NCBI GenBank assembly: GCA_018646985.1
Contig: JABGTR010000028.1
Coordinates: 1 to 53,812, forward strand
Direction of reading: 5' to 3'
Length of the DNA stretch: 53,812 nt
Source: Minisyncoccota bacterium
GTDB lineage: Bacteria; Patescibacteriota; Microgenomatia; UBA1400; PJMF01
Within the stretch, counting starts at the first letter, position 1. The number at the start of each line of letters is the position of its first letter. Below are positions 28,651 through 39,900 of this stretch, piece by piece. Made by a program: the position numbers and the translations under genes. Under the pieces are notes generated by a model that was not told where the DNA came from, ran no database searches, and saw only the letters and a list, made by a program, of their open reading frames with translations.

Positions 28651-29622
28651 TTACTCTGTGGGAGTAGTTTCTATTGCTGGGGTAATGATTTCCAGCTGAA
28701 TTGTCTGTCCAGATAAGTCTTCAGCTTTTCCAGAGAAGCGATAAAAGGGATAGGCGAAGCCAATTTCTTCATCATACCTATACTCTATATTTATGCTGCT
28801 GAGATTTGCGGATTTAATAACGGATAAGTCCGCACTAGTTCCTTGCTCCATACCAAAGTTGATAATTGACCCTTGGTTATTGTTAATATTGGCGACCGCT
28901 TGATCAATGGGAATTCTAAAATTCTTTGATATTGTCTGTGTAGATATAAAAAATGGAGAGAAGTCAATTCTAACAACTTGACCCTCATTGTTAAGCATGA
29001 CCATGAAGGGATCAACACTCTCTTTTTGGTATCTGAGTGGATAGGAATCAATGGTGTATGAAAACGGAATATTAATAATATCGGCATCTTCAAAAGTTGA
29101 TTTTTTATAAAATTCGATGCTATTTTTGAGGAAAATGATTTGATTCTCCAGCGGAGAAAAAGACAGAGTGGGAAATATTTTTTTTATTTCACTGGTGGCC
29201 ACATCTAATGCTTGTTCGGTAGTCAGTTTTGATAGTTTCTGAGCACTTTCAGTATTCAATGATAACTGATATTTTTTACTATATATATCTTGATGAAGGT
29301 ATATTCCTTGAGAACTTGTCCAATATCTTTCTGATTGAGAATTTGGTTTTAGATTATAGGTAAGGAGTATTTTGGAGATAATTTCGTCTTCATCTTCAAT
29401 TTTTGTAACCCCATCTACGGAGAGTTTCTCTGGAAACTGAGGTTTCTGTCCCACGAAAACAACATTTGAAAAGTCACTGGTGGTTTTATTAATATTAGTA
29501 TTGTTGAATTCAGTGGCCGGTATCTCTTGTTGTTGTGGTGTTAAAACACTAAGGATTGCTGATAATACTAAAAGCGTGACTGAGAATATTCCTAAGTAGA
29601 TAAATATTTTTTTATTTTTCAT
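28651..29622 (-). CDS. Membrane-anchored extracellular hypothetical protein
   Basis: 323 aa; N-terminal TM, beta-rich C-terminus (YPFYRFSG); co-oriented within the T4SS-like cluster. Confidence 0.6.
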   Translation of the reverse strand: MKNKKIFIYLGIFSVTLLVLSAILSVLTPQQQEIPATEFNNTNINKTTSDFSNVVFVGQKPQFPEKLSVDGVTKIEDEDEIISKILLTYNLKPNSQSERYWTSSQGIYLHQDIYSKKYQLSLNTESAQKLSKLTTEQALDVATSEIKKIFPTLSFSPLENQIIFLKNSIEFYKKSTFEDADIINIPFSYTIDSYPLRYQKESVDPFMVMLNNEGQVVRIDFSPFFISTQTISKNFRIPIDQAVANINNNQGSIINFGMEQGTSADLSVIKSANLSSINIEYRYDEEIGFAYPFYRFSGKAEDLSGQTIQLEIITPAIETTPTE

Positions 29623-29628
29623 TTTATA

Positions 29629-32600
29629 TTAGTTTGGGCAAATTTCTGTAATTTCATGAATTTCCATTGGTCCTGGTACGTAATCGTTGAAATTTAATGA
29701 GCTAGGCCTTAATTCATAGTGTAGATGAATCCCGACAGTAGGGCCATAGTTTAGTAAGCCGCTATTGCCCATAGTGCCTATTAAAGTTCCGGCAGATATA
29801 TCTTGACATTCTCCGGGGTTTAGCTCGCTGGAAAATGCATCCATATGAGCAAATCCAACAGTAAAAGTACCGGCGTTTAAAACAACATGGTTGCCATAGC
29901 AGTACTGTGTCCCAAAAGCACTGATGGCACTTGGGGCACATAACCAACCGCTATCTTGGGGGTAGGCACAGGCCTCACCATCAAAGGGAGTAAAAATGGG
30001 TGTGCCTCGATCACTATGAATATCTATTGCCTGAATAACACTATGCGAATTGCCGAATTTATTTGGAACACCATGTGGCCCCTGTGTAAACTCACCAGTG
30101 GTTGGCCAGCATCCATCTCCGATGGGGTAGTCACCAATACCAACACTATAGCTAGTTGATGCGGTATCACTACCAGACTCACTACTGTTTTGGTAATCAA
30201 AGTCGATTGAGAAACTATTTGTAATGCGACTATCCATATATTCTGACCCGTATTCCTGGGTATATTCAATAGTGATAGATTCTCCATCAGCTATTGTAGT
30301 TCCATTTAACTCACTAATATCCTTTTCCCTTTTTTCAGAATCTTTCCCTTCTTCAGAAAACGATATTGCAGTTACATCCTTTGCACTATTAATAGTAATT
30401 GAGTATCCTTTGTCGGCAGAGATAGTTATTTCATAAGTTATTTCATCTGGGGGAGTCTCAATTTCTCTACCTACATCTGCTGTTTTAGCCAGAGTCACGT
30501 ATTTAGATTGCTCTCCGGTTTGGTTCGTTGTAATTACAGTTGGGTGGAGTTGTGTCCCTCCAGCCACTGCAACAGCCAGCATAGTTCCGCCGGCAGTAGC
30601 TGCGCCAGCAATTTTAAAAGTCGTTGGTGCTGTGGCGAGTGTTTTACCTCCAATCCCTCCCAGTCCAGATTGAGAAATTGGTCCCAGCCCAGCACCGCCA
30701 CCAGATATCCCGCGCTCTTTAAACCAATCACCGATTGTTTTAGCACCACCACCTCCTAGCCAGCCACCCAATCCTGCTCCAACCACTGCTCCACCTGGTC
30801 CTCCAAGGGCAAAGCCAATTAATCCACCTCCGACTGCTCCGAGCAGAGCCCTGGCTCCACCCTTTAATAGTGCAGCTACAGCCCCAGCGCCGGCACCAAG
30901 AGTTACTAGAAGTAGATTCCCAGTTTTTTCTTCTATCTCTTCGGCTAGATCTTTCAAGAAAGGGAGTTGTTCTAGAGCAGCTAAAATTGGCGCTAATTCT
31001 GGAGCGATTACTCCCAGAGCTGCTTTACCAAGTTTTTGCTTGCCTGATGAGAATAGTTTCTTAGCGGCACTGGCTCTATCAGTTTGACCAGCTGGGCCAG
31101 TTAAGTTGGCTTGCGCAGCTGCATCAGAAAAAGTAGTAAATCCTGGAGGGGGAGCGCTGTAGTCAATCTCAACAGCACTCACTCCATACTGGATGTAGAT
31201 GTCAAACAACTCAGTTTCTGTTTTCCCAGCTACACTAGCTAGCCATAAATCCTTGTAGAGCTGCTTGATGGTAGCTTTACGATGTTCACTAATTGTCTGT
31301 GATCTGTCAATTTGATCTGGAGTGAGATTGAGAGCTGCCACTCCATCTTCTTCATACTCACTAACGAAAGTCCTCACCCCACCTAGTGCCTGTGGGATCT
31401 TTTTCTTTTCGTCATCTTCGTCAAACCAAGGAGCAATGTTTGCTCCAGCTGCATACCTGCGGATGGAAATTAGTCCTCTGAGCAGTTTCTTAAACTCTGC
31501 AGTATTTATCCCACTATCTTGGAGCCCAAAATGTTCTAATAAATCAGTATCAGTTAACCCAGCAAAATACTTAGCGGGATCTTGAGAGAGGACAATAATT
31601 GAGTCAATGGTGGCATAGATACGAGCTTCACTAACTAAGCTTCCTTGGGAAATTTCCCGCAATCTTTTTTGATAGTGCTCCTTTGATAATCTGAAAACTT
31701 CTTCGTTAAGCTGAAGTTTGTTGAAGATCTCACCCCTGCGCCTGTTAATCTCTGCTTTTAATTCTTTATTTGAGAGACCTGCTGGAAATTCTTTGAGAAT
31801 TAAAATATTAATTGCGTTTCTAATTTCTTGACTTACCTCTTCTTTTCCAAACTGTGAGAATAATAAGGTGGTGGCTAAATTAGCCAGCTGTTTTTCTCGA
31901 CCAATATCAAGGCCTTTAGTTATTTCAGCTTCTACATCTTCAGTTTTTCCATCTACGGTGGGAACGACAGTTTCGACATCTGGAGTCTCAGTCTCAACTG
32001 GTGCGGACTCTTTTTTTGACTCTTCTACTAAAGGAATATCCTGTATTAATCGTAAAAATACATCCCGATGTTTATTAAAAAACCACTCTGCTAAAAATAT
32101 GTCTAGTTGCTTGGCCTGATCATCACTAATTCGGTAGTTGTCACCTTCTGCTACTTCTGGAGTAAGATGGTCAATGATCCAGTTTTCAGCTGCAGTTTCT
32201 GTTTCTCCCTCATTTATTAAATCTATAATTTTTCCTGAAAGTTCTTTTATCAACCAATCTTGCTGTTCTTGAACATAGCTATCTTTTTCAATTGAAAAAT
32301 ATTCAAAAAATATGCCACTAGACCTTACTTTCAGGTTTCTGATCGCATCTTTAATTATTTTTTCTTGGTTTGTAAACTCAACCTCAGTTGGAGTTGGTTC
32401 TTGGGCCTCACCACCACCATCATCACCAGGATCCTCGCTAACTCCAGCCGCTGCTGTCTCTGGTTCTTTTTCCAGTTCATCTAGGAGATCTGTTATGTCC
32501 TTAAGGAAAGTTCTAGCCTTATTAGTATCATCTGAAATAACAATTGAATTATTGACTTCATTTGTATTAAAAACGTATTCTTTTGTTCTGTAATCAAATT

Positions 32601-33450
32601 TCTCTCTAGTATCCGAGGTGACTCTATCCCATGGGGATTCAATCTTATCTTTTTTATATTGTTCAGCTATTTGTTCATAATAGGTATTGATGATTGTTCT
32701 GGCATCGCTAACGCTAAACTTATGGTTAGGAGTGATGATGACTTTTTCATTAAGAGGACTGTCTCCTAAGGATTTTGCAGCTTCGTAGCCAAATTTTTCC
32801 CAGATGCTTCGATATTGACCATGTTTGGTGGCTGTTCTAAATACGTTCTCAATTTCGGCAATAATTGGCTGTATATTATCTAGATCTAACTGAGCTTCAT
32901 CAGCAATTTCCTTATGAATTCCTTCTATGATCTCCAGAGTTACTTCGGCAGCTTTTTTTAAGTCTGTCTGGGCAACTATTTGGAGCGACTTAATATCTGC
33001 AGCTGAACTAATCTCAGCAATAATGCTATCTATCTCATATCCCCAAGAGAATGTTTTGTTCTTTTTTGTTCCATATTCTTCAATGACAAAACCTTTGATT
33101 GATTTTAGAATTTGAGCAATGTCATCAGGGAAAAATTGTCCCAAAACAATCGGCCCCGCATTACCCAATATTCCACCACTAGCCTCTTCACCTTTAAAGT
33201 GAGTGAGAGTCAGTGGAAAAGAAGCTCCTCGAGCATTGATTTCTTGGCTATCACCATCTAGAAGTAAGAGGCTATAAGTGTTGGGGAACTCAACTTTTTT
33301 ATTACTTCTAAAAGCATCAACTATTGATTGAGTTAATCCAAATAGATGGCCCAGAGTTAGGTCTGGTTCGTTTCTTCTCTCTTCATGAGAGATGCTAATA
33401 ACTAGTCTCTTAGCTCTAGCTGCTCGTGAATTAATAGTGTCGTCCGCCAT
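29629..33450 (-). CDS. Large membrane protein with glycine zipper and C-terminal M23 metallopeptidase
   Basis: 1273 aa; acidic helical N-terminus, GxxxG-rich hydrophobic region near aa 850-970, Ig-like segment, then H...AIDI...GTPI, YGNHV, HM, GTMGNSG, HLHYE. Confidence 0.8.
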   Translation of the reverse strand: MADDTINSRAARAKRLVISISHEERRNEPDLTLGHLFGLTQSIVDAFRSNKKVEFPNTYSLLLLDGDSQEINARGASFPLTLTHFKGEEASGGILGNAGPIVLGQFFPDDIAQILKSIKGFVIEEYGTKKNKTFSWGYEIDSIIAEISSAADIKSLQIVAQTDLKKAAEVTLEIIEGIHKEIADEAQLDLDNIQPIIAEIENVFRTATKHGQYRSIWEKFGYEAAKSLGDSPLNEKVIITPNHKFSVSDARTIINTYYEQIAEQYKKDKIESPWDRVTSDTREKFDYRTKEYVFNTNEVNNSIVISDDTNKARTFLKDITDLLDELEKEPETAAAGVSEDPGDDGGGEAQEPTPTEVEFTNQEKIIKDAIRNLKVRSSGIFFEYFSIEKDSYVQEQQDWLIKELSGKIIDLINEGETETAAENWIIDHLTPEVAEGDNYRISDDQAKQLDIFLAEWFFNKHRDVFLRLIQDIPLVEESKKESAPVETETPDVETVVPTVDGKTEDVEAEITKGLDIGREKQLANLATTLLFSQFGKEEVSQEIRNAINILILKEFPAGLSNKELKAEINRRRGEIFNKLQLNEEVFRLSKEHYQKRLREISQGSLVSEARIYATIDSIIVLSQDPAKYFAGLTDTDLLEHFGLQDSGINTAEFKKLLRGLISIRRYAAGANIAPWFDEDDEKKKIPQALGGVRTFVSEYEEDGVAALNLTPDQIDRSQTISEHRKATIKQLYKDLWLASVAGKTETELFDIYIQYGVSAVEIDYSAPPPGFTTFSDAAAQANLTGPAGQTDRASAAKKLFSSGKQKLGKAALGVIAPELAPILAALEQLPFLKDLAEEIEEKTGNLLLVTLGAGAGAVAALLKGGARALLGAVGGGLIGFALGGPGGAVVGAGLGGWLGGGGAKTIGDWFKERGISGGGAGLGPISQSGLGGIGGKTLATAPTTFKIAGAATAGGTMLAVAVAGGTQLHPTVITTNQTGEQSKYVTLAKTADVGREIETPPDEITYEITISADKGYSITINSAKDVTAISFSEEGKDSEKREKDISELNGTTIADGESITIEYTQEYGSEYMDSRITNSFSIDFDYQNSSESGSDTASTSYSVGIGDYPIGDGCWPTTGEFTQGPHGVPNKFGNSHSVIQAIDIHSDRGTPIFTPFDGEACAYPQDSGWLCAPSAISAFGTQYCYGNHVVLNAGTFTVGFAHMDAFSSELNPGECQDISAGTLIGTMGNSGLLNYGPTVGIHLHYELRPSSLNFNDYVPGPMEIHEITEICPN

Positions 33451-33482
33451 AATTAATTTTATTATAGCGGGTTAGTTGGCTC

Positions 33483-34142
33483 TTAAGCCATGACTAGCTG
33501 TGTCTTGTCGAACTGTTTAACGCCACTGAAACTAGCTATTAAATTACTTACCATGGCTCTCATGGATTCAATTGAGCTTTTAATCTGTATTTTTTGAACA
33601 GAGATAATTCTTAAGCGCTCTTCTTTTTGATCAATAGCTTCATCCTTTTGAGCAGCTAGCTCATCCTCATTCAGCAAAGCTGTATTAGTCTCTTGGAGAA
33701 GAGTTGTGCCTGCCAAGTGTTGCTTTTCTTCTCTATGAAGTTCTTCTAGCTCTTCCTCTTTTTCGATTGTTAGTTGATGGATTAACAGGGCCTTAACTTG
33801 TTCAATGGTTTGTTCAAGTTGAGCTTGAGCTTGTTCGGTAGCTTCTTTGGCATTTGTTAGATATTCACTCAGCATCACCCAAACTTTTTCTGCACCCGGT
33901 AAATAGGGCAGGCCAAATCTACGGAGGAGAGTCCTAGCAAAGGCTTGTTCTTCAGCTGCTTCTTCAATAAATAAAGTTTCTCGCTGGATAGACTCAAACA
34001 AGTCTTCAGCTGTATCAATTTTTGGGGTAACAGCTTCATTTTGGATTAAGTCTAAAACGAAAGTGAGTTCAGTGGGCATCTCTGCTGTTTCTTGATCGTA
34101 CATAGTCATGTACATAGTTCTAGCTTCTTGAGGGACTGCCAT
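33483..34142 (-). CDS. Hypothetical Glu-rich coiled-coil protein (downstream of riboswitch-like leader)
   Basis: 219-aa ORF, heptad-rich, no TM or signal; GAAAGG upstream of ATG. Confidence 0.65.
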   Translation of the reverse strand: MAVPQEARTMYMTMYDQETAEMPTELTFVLDLIQNEAVTPKIDTAEDLFESIQRETLFIEEAAEEQAFARTLLRRFGLPYLPGAEKVWVMLSEYLTNAKEATEQAQAQLEQTIEQVKALLIHQLTIEKEEELEELHREEKQHLAGTTLLQETNTALLNEDELAAQKDEAIDQKEERLRIISVQKIQIKSSIESMRAMVSNLIASFSGVKQFDKTQLVMA

Positions 34143-34183
34143 AGGTAGCCTTTCTTTGTTATTTTGAGGAAGTTTTGCCGTAG

Positions 34184-34213
34184 AAAATAAAAACTCCTCG
34201 TTATATAGAGGAG
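34184..34213 (-). terminator. Intrinsic terminator within the 5' leader (attenuator)
   Basis: Minus strand CTCCTC-TATATAAC-GAGGAG followed by TTTTTATTTT, ~40 nt before the ATG at 34142. Confidence 0.65.
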
Positions 34214-34276
34214 CATCTGGGTCTAAAAGATTAGATCTAATCCGATGCTCGTCGATTCCCTAGTTTTAATTAGGGA

Positions 34277-34361
34277 GTATTCTTAAGCTCGGACTGATCT
34301 ATTTAGAATAGAAACACCGTTGCGGCACAGCGATGGATTTACACCATCTTCCAAAGAACAC
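34277..34361 (-). ncRNA. Cobalamin riboswitch-like aptamer (class II / AdoCbl-variant type)
   Basis: Minus strand GUGUUCUU-UGGAA-GAUGG(UGUAAAU)CCAUC-G-CUGU(GCCGCA)ACGG-UGUU-UCUAUU(CUA)AAUAGA-UCAGUCCGAGCUU-AAGAAUAC: four-way junction with P3, T-loop P4, P5 carrying GCAACGGU, P6, and B12-box-like AGUCCGA. Confidence 0.7.
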
Positions 34362-34380
34362 ATTTTTTAATCTGAAATAA

Positions 34381-34410
34381 GTTGTAGCATGAAAAAAAGA
34401 GAGGAGTCAA
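34381..34410 (-). promoter_or_regulatory. Putative promoter for the riboswitch leader
   Basis: Minus strand TTGACT-N18-TACAAC with extended -10 TG; start site would fall ~13 nt before the aptamer. Confidence 0.45.
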
Positions 34411-34419
34411 ATGAGGTTG

Positions 34420-35412
34420 CTATGGCTTGCCGAAGTAATGAGTGACTTCTTCTCGGCCAGATCCCATGTCCTGTATCAGATCTTTAATGTTTAGTGAAAG
34501 CATTGTTTTTTCTTCTCCAAAGGTTTTAGCTAAAATAGGACTAACTTCCCCCCAGAAAGCATTATGGTCAACTTTGTTGTTGAGGTGTTCAGCTAGACTG
34601 GTGATGTTGTCTTGTCCCTCTCCCACTAGAACTGCCTGTAATGCCCTAACTCCATCTTTATCATTATCTTTTCCCTTTTTAAGTAGCTCGATGCCGGCTG
34701 GACTAATATCCCAACCAACTTTTTTTAGATCAGTGGCGTTGTCTATTATTCCCTCAATAACATCTCTGGGTTTTTCTTTAATTTTATCAAAGAAGGGGCC
34801 GGTACCAACCACCTCAGCTGAATTATTGGTTTCATGAGTGCGCATGGCGCTAGATGAGTTGTGCCCAGCGCCTCTAATCAGAGCATCTATTAACCGTCCA
34901 AATCCACCTTTAAAGAAGTCTTGAGTGGATGAGCCATCAAGCTTGAGTTGTTCGACTACAAAACTAGTAATAGCACCAAAAGCTTGAGCTGCATCAGAGA
35001 TTTCTTCAGCACTAAAAAGGGCTTCTATTATTGCCGTTTCTTTCTTTTCATCATCTAGATCATCGTTATTCAGAATATCAGTAATACCTAGCATGCCACA
35101 CTGCTCGGCAAACTCCTCAAGTGACTCTTTGTGTTCTGCGGGGTCAATTCCAATTGCCTCGAGCATCTGGAGAAAATCTCCAAATTCCATTTCAGCAACA
35201 TCAACAACTCCCTCATGAGTGGCATCTGCATTAGCTTCGGGTTCATCAGCCACTTCAGTCACGGTGGCAGTATCACTATTTTCGCCTGCATTAGTCAAAG
35301 TCTCATTGTAATTATGGTCAGGAGTAGCATTAACTTCTCCAGTTGTTTCTACTGAAGATTCATCTGCAGCGACTTTTGCTTCTTCTGCTACTGGGGTTTC
35401 TAACATAGGCAC
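34420..35412 (-). CDS. Hypothetical highly acidic protein
   Basis: 330-aa ORF with disordered E/A/T/D-rich N-terminus; no recognisable motif; start may be ATG at 35406. Confidence 0.65.
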   Translation of the reverse strand: MPMLETPVAEEAKVAADESSVETTGEVNATPDHNYNETLTNAGENSDTATVTEVADEPEANADATHEGVVDVAEMEFGDFLQMLEAIGIDPAEHKESLEEFAEQCGMLGITDILNNDDLDDEKKETAIIEALFSAEEISDAAQAFGAITSFVVEQLKLDGSSTQDFFKGGFGRLIDALIRGAGHNSSSAMRTHETNNSAEVVGTGPFFDKIKEKPRDVIEGIIDNATDLKKVGWDISPAGIELLKKGKDNDKDGVRALQAVLVGEGQDNITSLAEHLNNKVDHNAFWGEVSPILAKTFGEEKTMLSLNIKDLIQDMGSGREEVTHYFGKP

Positions 35413-35585
35413 ACTATTTCATAGTTTCTGAAGTGGGTCAAGATTGGGGAGAAGGTGTGATGAAAAGATATGATTAAGCTACTTCTTTTTGAGGCACATA
35501 TTGTTGTAAACTGAATAAAGATAGTAGATGTAGTTCAAATACGTAGTAATTTCTGTGTAAAACAGAGAGTATTAAAAGGAGAGAC

Positions 35586-36950
35586 ATGCCAGAGAAGCCA
35601 GGAATAGCAGAGCAAATAAAAAATTATAAGGAGAAGGTATCTTCTCCTCCAGAAAATTTAGATGAGGTAGAAGCAATAATTGCTACCGATGGTGAACTGG
35701 ATGATAAGCAAGTTGCGGTTTTAGAAGAAAACTTAGAATCATATAAACAGTATCTTGCAGATCTTGATGAGGGACTAGCTCTTATCAATGGTGAAGACAT
35801 CTTTGATTTAATTTCAGAAAGCGGTAAACCAAGGGAGTTATTCAAAATAGTCATGGAGTTAACTAGTGGAGCTGGAGAATCGGTAGGTAAGTTTAAAGCA
35901 CTGGTATCTCAAATGGAAAGTTTGATCCCTGAGCCACCAGGAAAGACAGTTGAAGAACTTGGTAAAGAATTTGCTGAATTGTTGAATGCTCATAATGAAG
36001 CAGAGGCCGGTCCTGAAAAGGATGAGGCCTTAGCTGCTTTTATGGCTTTGTTGGCAAGTGAGTTTCTCGTACTTAAAGCAGAGTCTGAATCTGGCCCTAA
36101 AAAGAAAAAAGCTAAAGAAGAGGAAAAATTAGAAGAAAAGACTTTAACAGCTGCTGAAAAAAAGAAAAAAGTATCTGAAAGAAAATATAAAAAGGAATCA
36201 TTTGAAGATATAAATGAAAGACTAGTAGCTGCTGCTCAGATAGCTCAAGGTGGTAGAAAAGGAATAAAAGGCTGGAGAAAATGGGCCAGAGTCAGAAGGA
36301 AAGTAGAGTCATTTGCAAATGCCGATGTTTCAAGAGAGATGGCTAGGGAGCGAAAGATAAGCAATGTTCTAAGTAAATCTATGAGCTCTATTAAGACAGA
36401 GCTTGCATTAAGAAATACTTTTGATGATCTAGCTACTAGTAAAGATGGACTACAAAGTCTTAAATCCGAAGGTCATGAAAAAGATATCCTAGCTTTTGCC
36501 AAGTTTTTAGTTGAGGTTGGTTTGATGGATAAATATGATGGGAAGGGACTAAAAGAAGATAGAACGGCTCGTTTGAAGAGTGATGGAAAAGAAGTTGATT
36601 TAATTAAGGATAAGCTAGTGGAAAGATATGAACTAGCATTGGAAGAAGAAAAGGTTAGAGAGGCTGCAAAGGCTGCTGGGGAAACATTACCAGCTTTATC
36701 TGACGAGGGAGTGTTTATGAAACACATCATTTATGATGCTCCATTCTTCGCTGAAATCTTAGGTGGAAAGGCGATTGATCCTAGTACCATCAAAGTTGAG
36801 AAGCCAGAGACTGATGAAGGAGATGAAGAAACAAAAGATGAAGAAGAGAGAAAGAGGAAAGAAGCTGAAGAGGCAAAAGCTGAGGAGGAAAGAAAGAGGA
36901 TGAAAGCTGAGAAAGAAAAAGAAACTAAAAAAGATGACATATTAAGCTAA
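35586..36950 (+). CDS. Hypothetical Glu/Lys-rich helical protein
   Basis: 454 aa; strong Shine-Dalgarno AAGGAG; no signal or TM; charged tail. Confidence 0.7.
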   Translation: MPEKPGIAEQIKNYKEKVSSPPENLDEVEAIIATDGELDDKQVAVLEENLESYKQYLADLDEGLALINGEDIFDLISESGKPRELFKIVMELTSGAGESVGKFKALVSQMESLIPEPPGKTVEELGKEFAELLNAHNEAEAGPEKDEALAAFMALLASEFLVLKAESESGPKKKKAKEEEKLEEKTLTAAEKKKKVSERKYKKESFEDINERLVAAAQIAQGGRKGIKGWRKWARVRRKVESFANADVSREMARERKISNVLSKSMSSIKTELALRNTFDDLATSKDGLQSLKSEGHEKDILAFAKFLVEVGLMDKYDGKGLKEDRTARLKSDGKEVDLIKDKLVERYELALEEEKVREAAKAAGETLPALSDEGVFMKHIIYDAPFFAEILGGKAIDPSTIKVEKPETDEGDEETKDEEERKRKEAEEAKAEEERKRMKAEKEKETKKDDILS

Positions 36951-36954
36951 AAAT

Positions 36955-39900
36955 ATGCCCACAGAAAAAGAAGGACTAGTCGAAGAAAAATTTGCTGAGT
37001 TAAAAACTAATGTTTTAACTAGGCGGGTTTTTACTGAGTCAGACTTTTCAGAACTTCTAGCGGAGATGAGAGAGCGAATTAAAGATGGTAATCATCCGAC
37101 TGAGAAAGGCGTAGTAATTGAAGGAGATAAGACTCACTATGGTCTGGCAGTTAATCGCCTTGAAAGGGAGCTAACTCCTCACTTTAAAGATGCTGAAAAA
37201 TTCTATAGAAGTTGGGGTAGAGTAGTTAACTCTCGAGAAACCCTAATCGCTAAGGCTGCTGATGTTAGTAAAAAACTGGGTGAGATGAAAGCAGATAAGG
37301 ATGATTATGAAGAATTTTCAGTAATTGCTTCTATCGTGGCTCGTCGCTACGAAACTGAGTTTTTAGCTGCAGAAGTAGTAGAAACCCAAGAGGAGAAGAG
37401 ATGGTTCTTAGAGTTGTGGCCAACACATTATAGAGATTATCGAGCTAAGCGTGATGCGGCTGATGATGTTGCCTTTGATGAAGCAGCTTTTTTTGATGAA
37501 AGAACTAAGAAATTGGGTGAAAATGGAAAAGGTTGGAGAAATTTAACCCAAGAAGACAACCCTGTTTCACTCAGAAAAATATTTGAGAGTACCTACGATG
37601 TCGAATCATCAATCATCAACGCTGAAGTTTCCTATAAGGCTGATAGAGATTTAGACCCCAATACACTGAAAGATATAAAAACAAAACTAGATGAGTTAAA
37701 GGATGTGGTGGCTGATACTGGTGTTGCTGAGACAAAAGTTCTACACAACCGACTTGCGGTTAGGTATGACAACTTAGAGAGAGAGTGGTCCTCAAACATT
37801 GGTCCTGGTTATGAAGAAAGAGCAAAGGGGAGATTGGTGGCGGAGGAACGAACTAAGTTTGGTGCCTACACGGGGTCATTGAAGCAGTTGCAGTATAAAC
37901 TGAGTCAGTTGTCAGGTGGTAAGGTCAGGGTTGAGTCTCCAGCCAACATTAATTCTACTCAGAAAAAAGAATTGGATGTAGCTTATAAAGCAGTCAAGAC
38001 CAATAAAGAAGCTGCGGGGTCAGCATTAGCTACAATTTTACCCGAAGATGAAAAAACACTTGATGCTTTGCACCAGCGTCTCATTAACGAAGCAGAAGTT
38101 TTGTTAGGGATTGAGACTGAAGAGCTAAAATCAGTTTTTAACGATGACGTCGACTGGTGGATGTTTGCCTATCATGGTGAGCAGTGGAGAGTAACACAGC
38201 GGCTATGGGAGCAACACATGGCTGACAATAGCACTCACACCCTCATGTCTTATGACAAGAAAACAATTAAAGAGCTGATTAAATATTTTTCAAAGGAGAT
38301 TAAGGATTTAGATCTAGATAAAGATGATGTGGCTTACCACCAACGTTTTATTGCGCTAGATATACAGTTAAACAGATTGGAAAAAATAAGTTTAGCTATT
38401 GAGAAAGATGAAAAAGTGCAGGTCGTAGATAAAAATGAAGTTTTTTCAGAGCATCGCTTACCAGACTGGTTTGAGGTGCCAGAAAATACAGACACCGCTT
38501 GGCAACAAGCTTATGAAAAAGCTGCTAAAGAACATGGTCCAAATTTTTTACGCAGTCAGGTTAAGTATTTAACCAACCTCTCTGAGGGTCGAGAAATTCA
38601 AGATAAGTCTTGGGCGAATACTTTTCATAGTATCGCCCAATATCATGGGTTACAGCATGCTATGGAGCACTACCATGGTGAAGATGAAAAAGAAATTAAT
38701 GAGCTGGCCATTTTTCTTGAGATGAGGGAAAAATTATTTGAGGCCCAAGCCGGACCTGGACATGGTCTGTCAATGACTTGCGATATGGACGTACTTCATG
38801 GTTGGGAAGCTAATGGAATCTTAAATGAGTTTTTTGATTATTGGACTATGGATGATAATGAGGTCGAGACCATGGAAGATCATGAGAAAAAGTATAGGTA
38901 TTCTCATCAGCTTAAAAAAATGGTGCAAGTATTAAAAGGAATTCTTCTTGAAAATCCTGATCCTGGTTCAGATATGGAGGATAGATCTCCTTTCAATAAA
39001 GATGGCTCTCCTAAAAAAGGAAGATTCGGGTTCTATTACTGGAAAGATACTCCTGCTAATGCCGCTGATCTTAAGGCAAGAATGCAGTATGAATTACAAA
39101 AAAACATAGACTCAAGTCTGTCTGATGAAGATGCGGAGGAAGTGGTGTTTTTTGCTCATCGAGTTGCTACTTTGTGTGGAATTAGACTCGATTGCTTTGC
39201 CCCATACATGGCTGCTGGAGCAACTCCAGTAGAAACATTAGGTAAACTATCCAAATACATTGGAGAAGTGAATATATTTGCACCCGAACTTTATAGTGCT
39301 TATAAGAAAAGGATTTATCTGCAGTTAGCTGAGGCTATGGCCATTCCTGAGGATTGGTGGCAAATGATGAAGAGTCATAAGAAAGCCAATACAAAGCGCA
39401 TGGCCTCTATCAGGAGGGCATATAAGGCTTCCAAACTAGTGTGTGAGTCTATATCTATGCCACGTGAGCCATTCATGATGCCCATAGCGGCTGATGGAGT
39501 TAATATAAAAAATACTTATTTCTCTTTGCTTGATATATATTTTGATGATGAGGTTAGGAAAGGAAGAAGAAAGAAAGGTGTAACGCTGAAAGCCTGGCAG
39601 GCGGGTAAAGAGGAATTTGTATCATTCAGGAAGATGTGTTTTGACATTCCTGGTCTTATTGACATTGATAACATTGGTAGTCTAACTGAAGAAAAGGTGA
39701 TTGAAAAACTAGTTGGCCACGTAGATCTCCTCATAAACACAGGATTGTCCTACATGAAGAAAAATTTCGATATGGCTCAATGGAGAGAGATGGCTCTCTT
39801 GACTCGCTGGGGAATTGATCGGTGTTTTAGGGTGTATGCCCTTAAGAATGATAGTGATAAGGGGCAAAAAAGACTCCTCAGAGAAGTTCGTGCTCTATTA

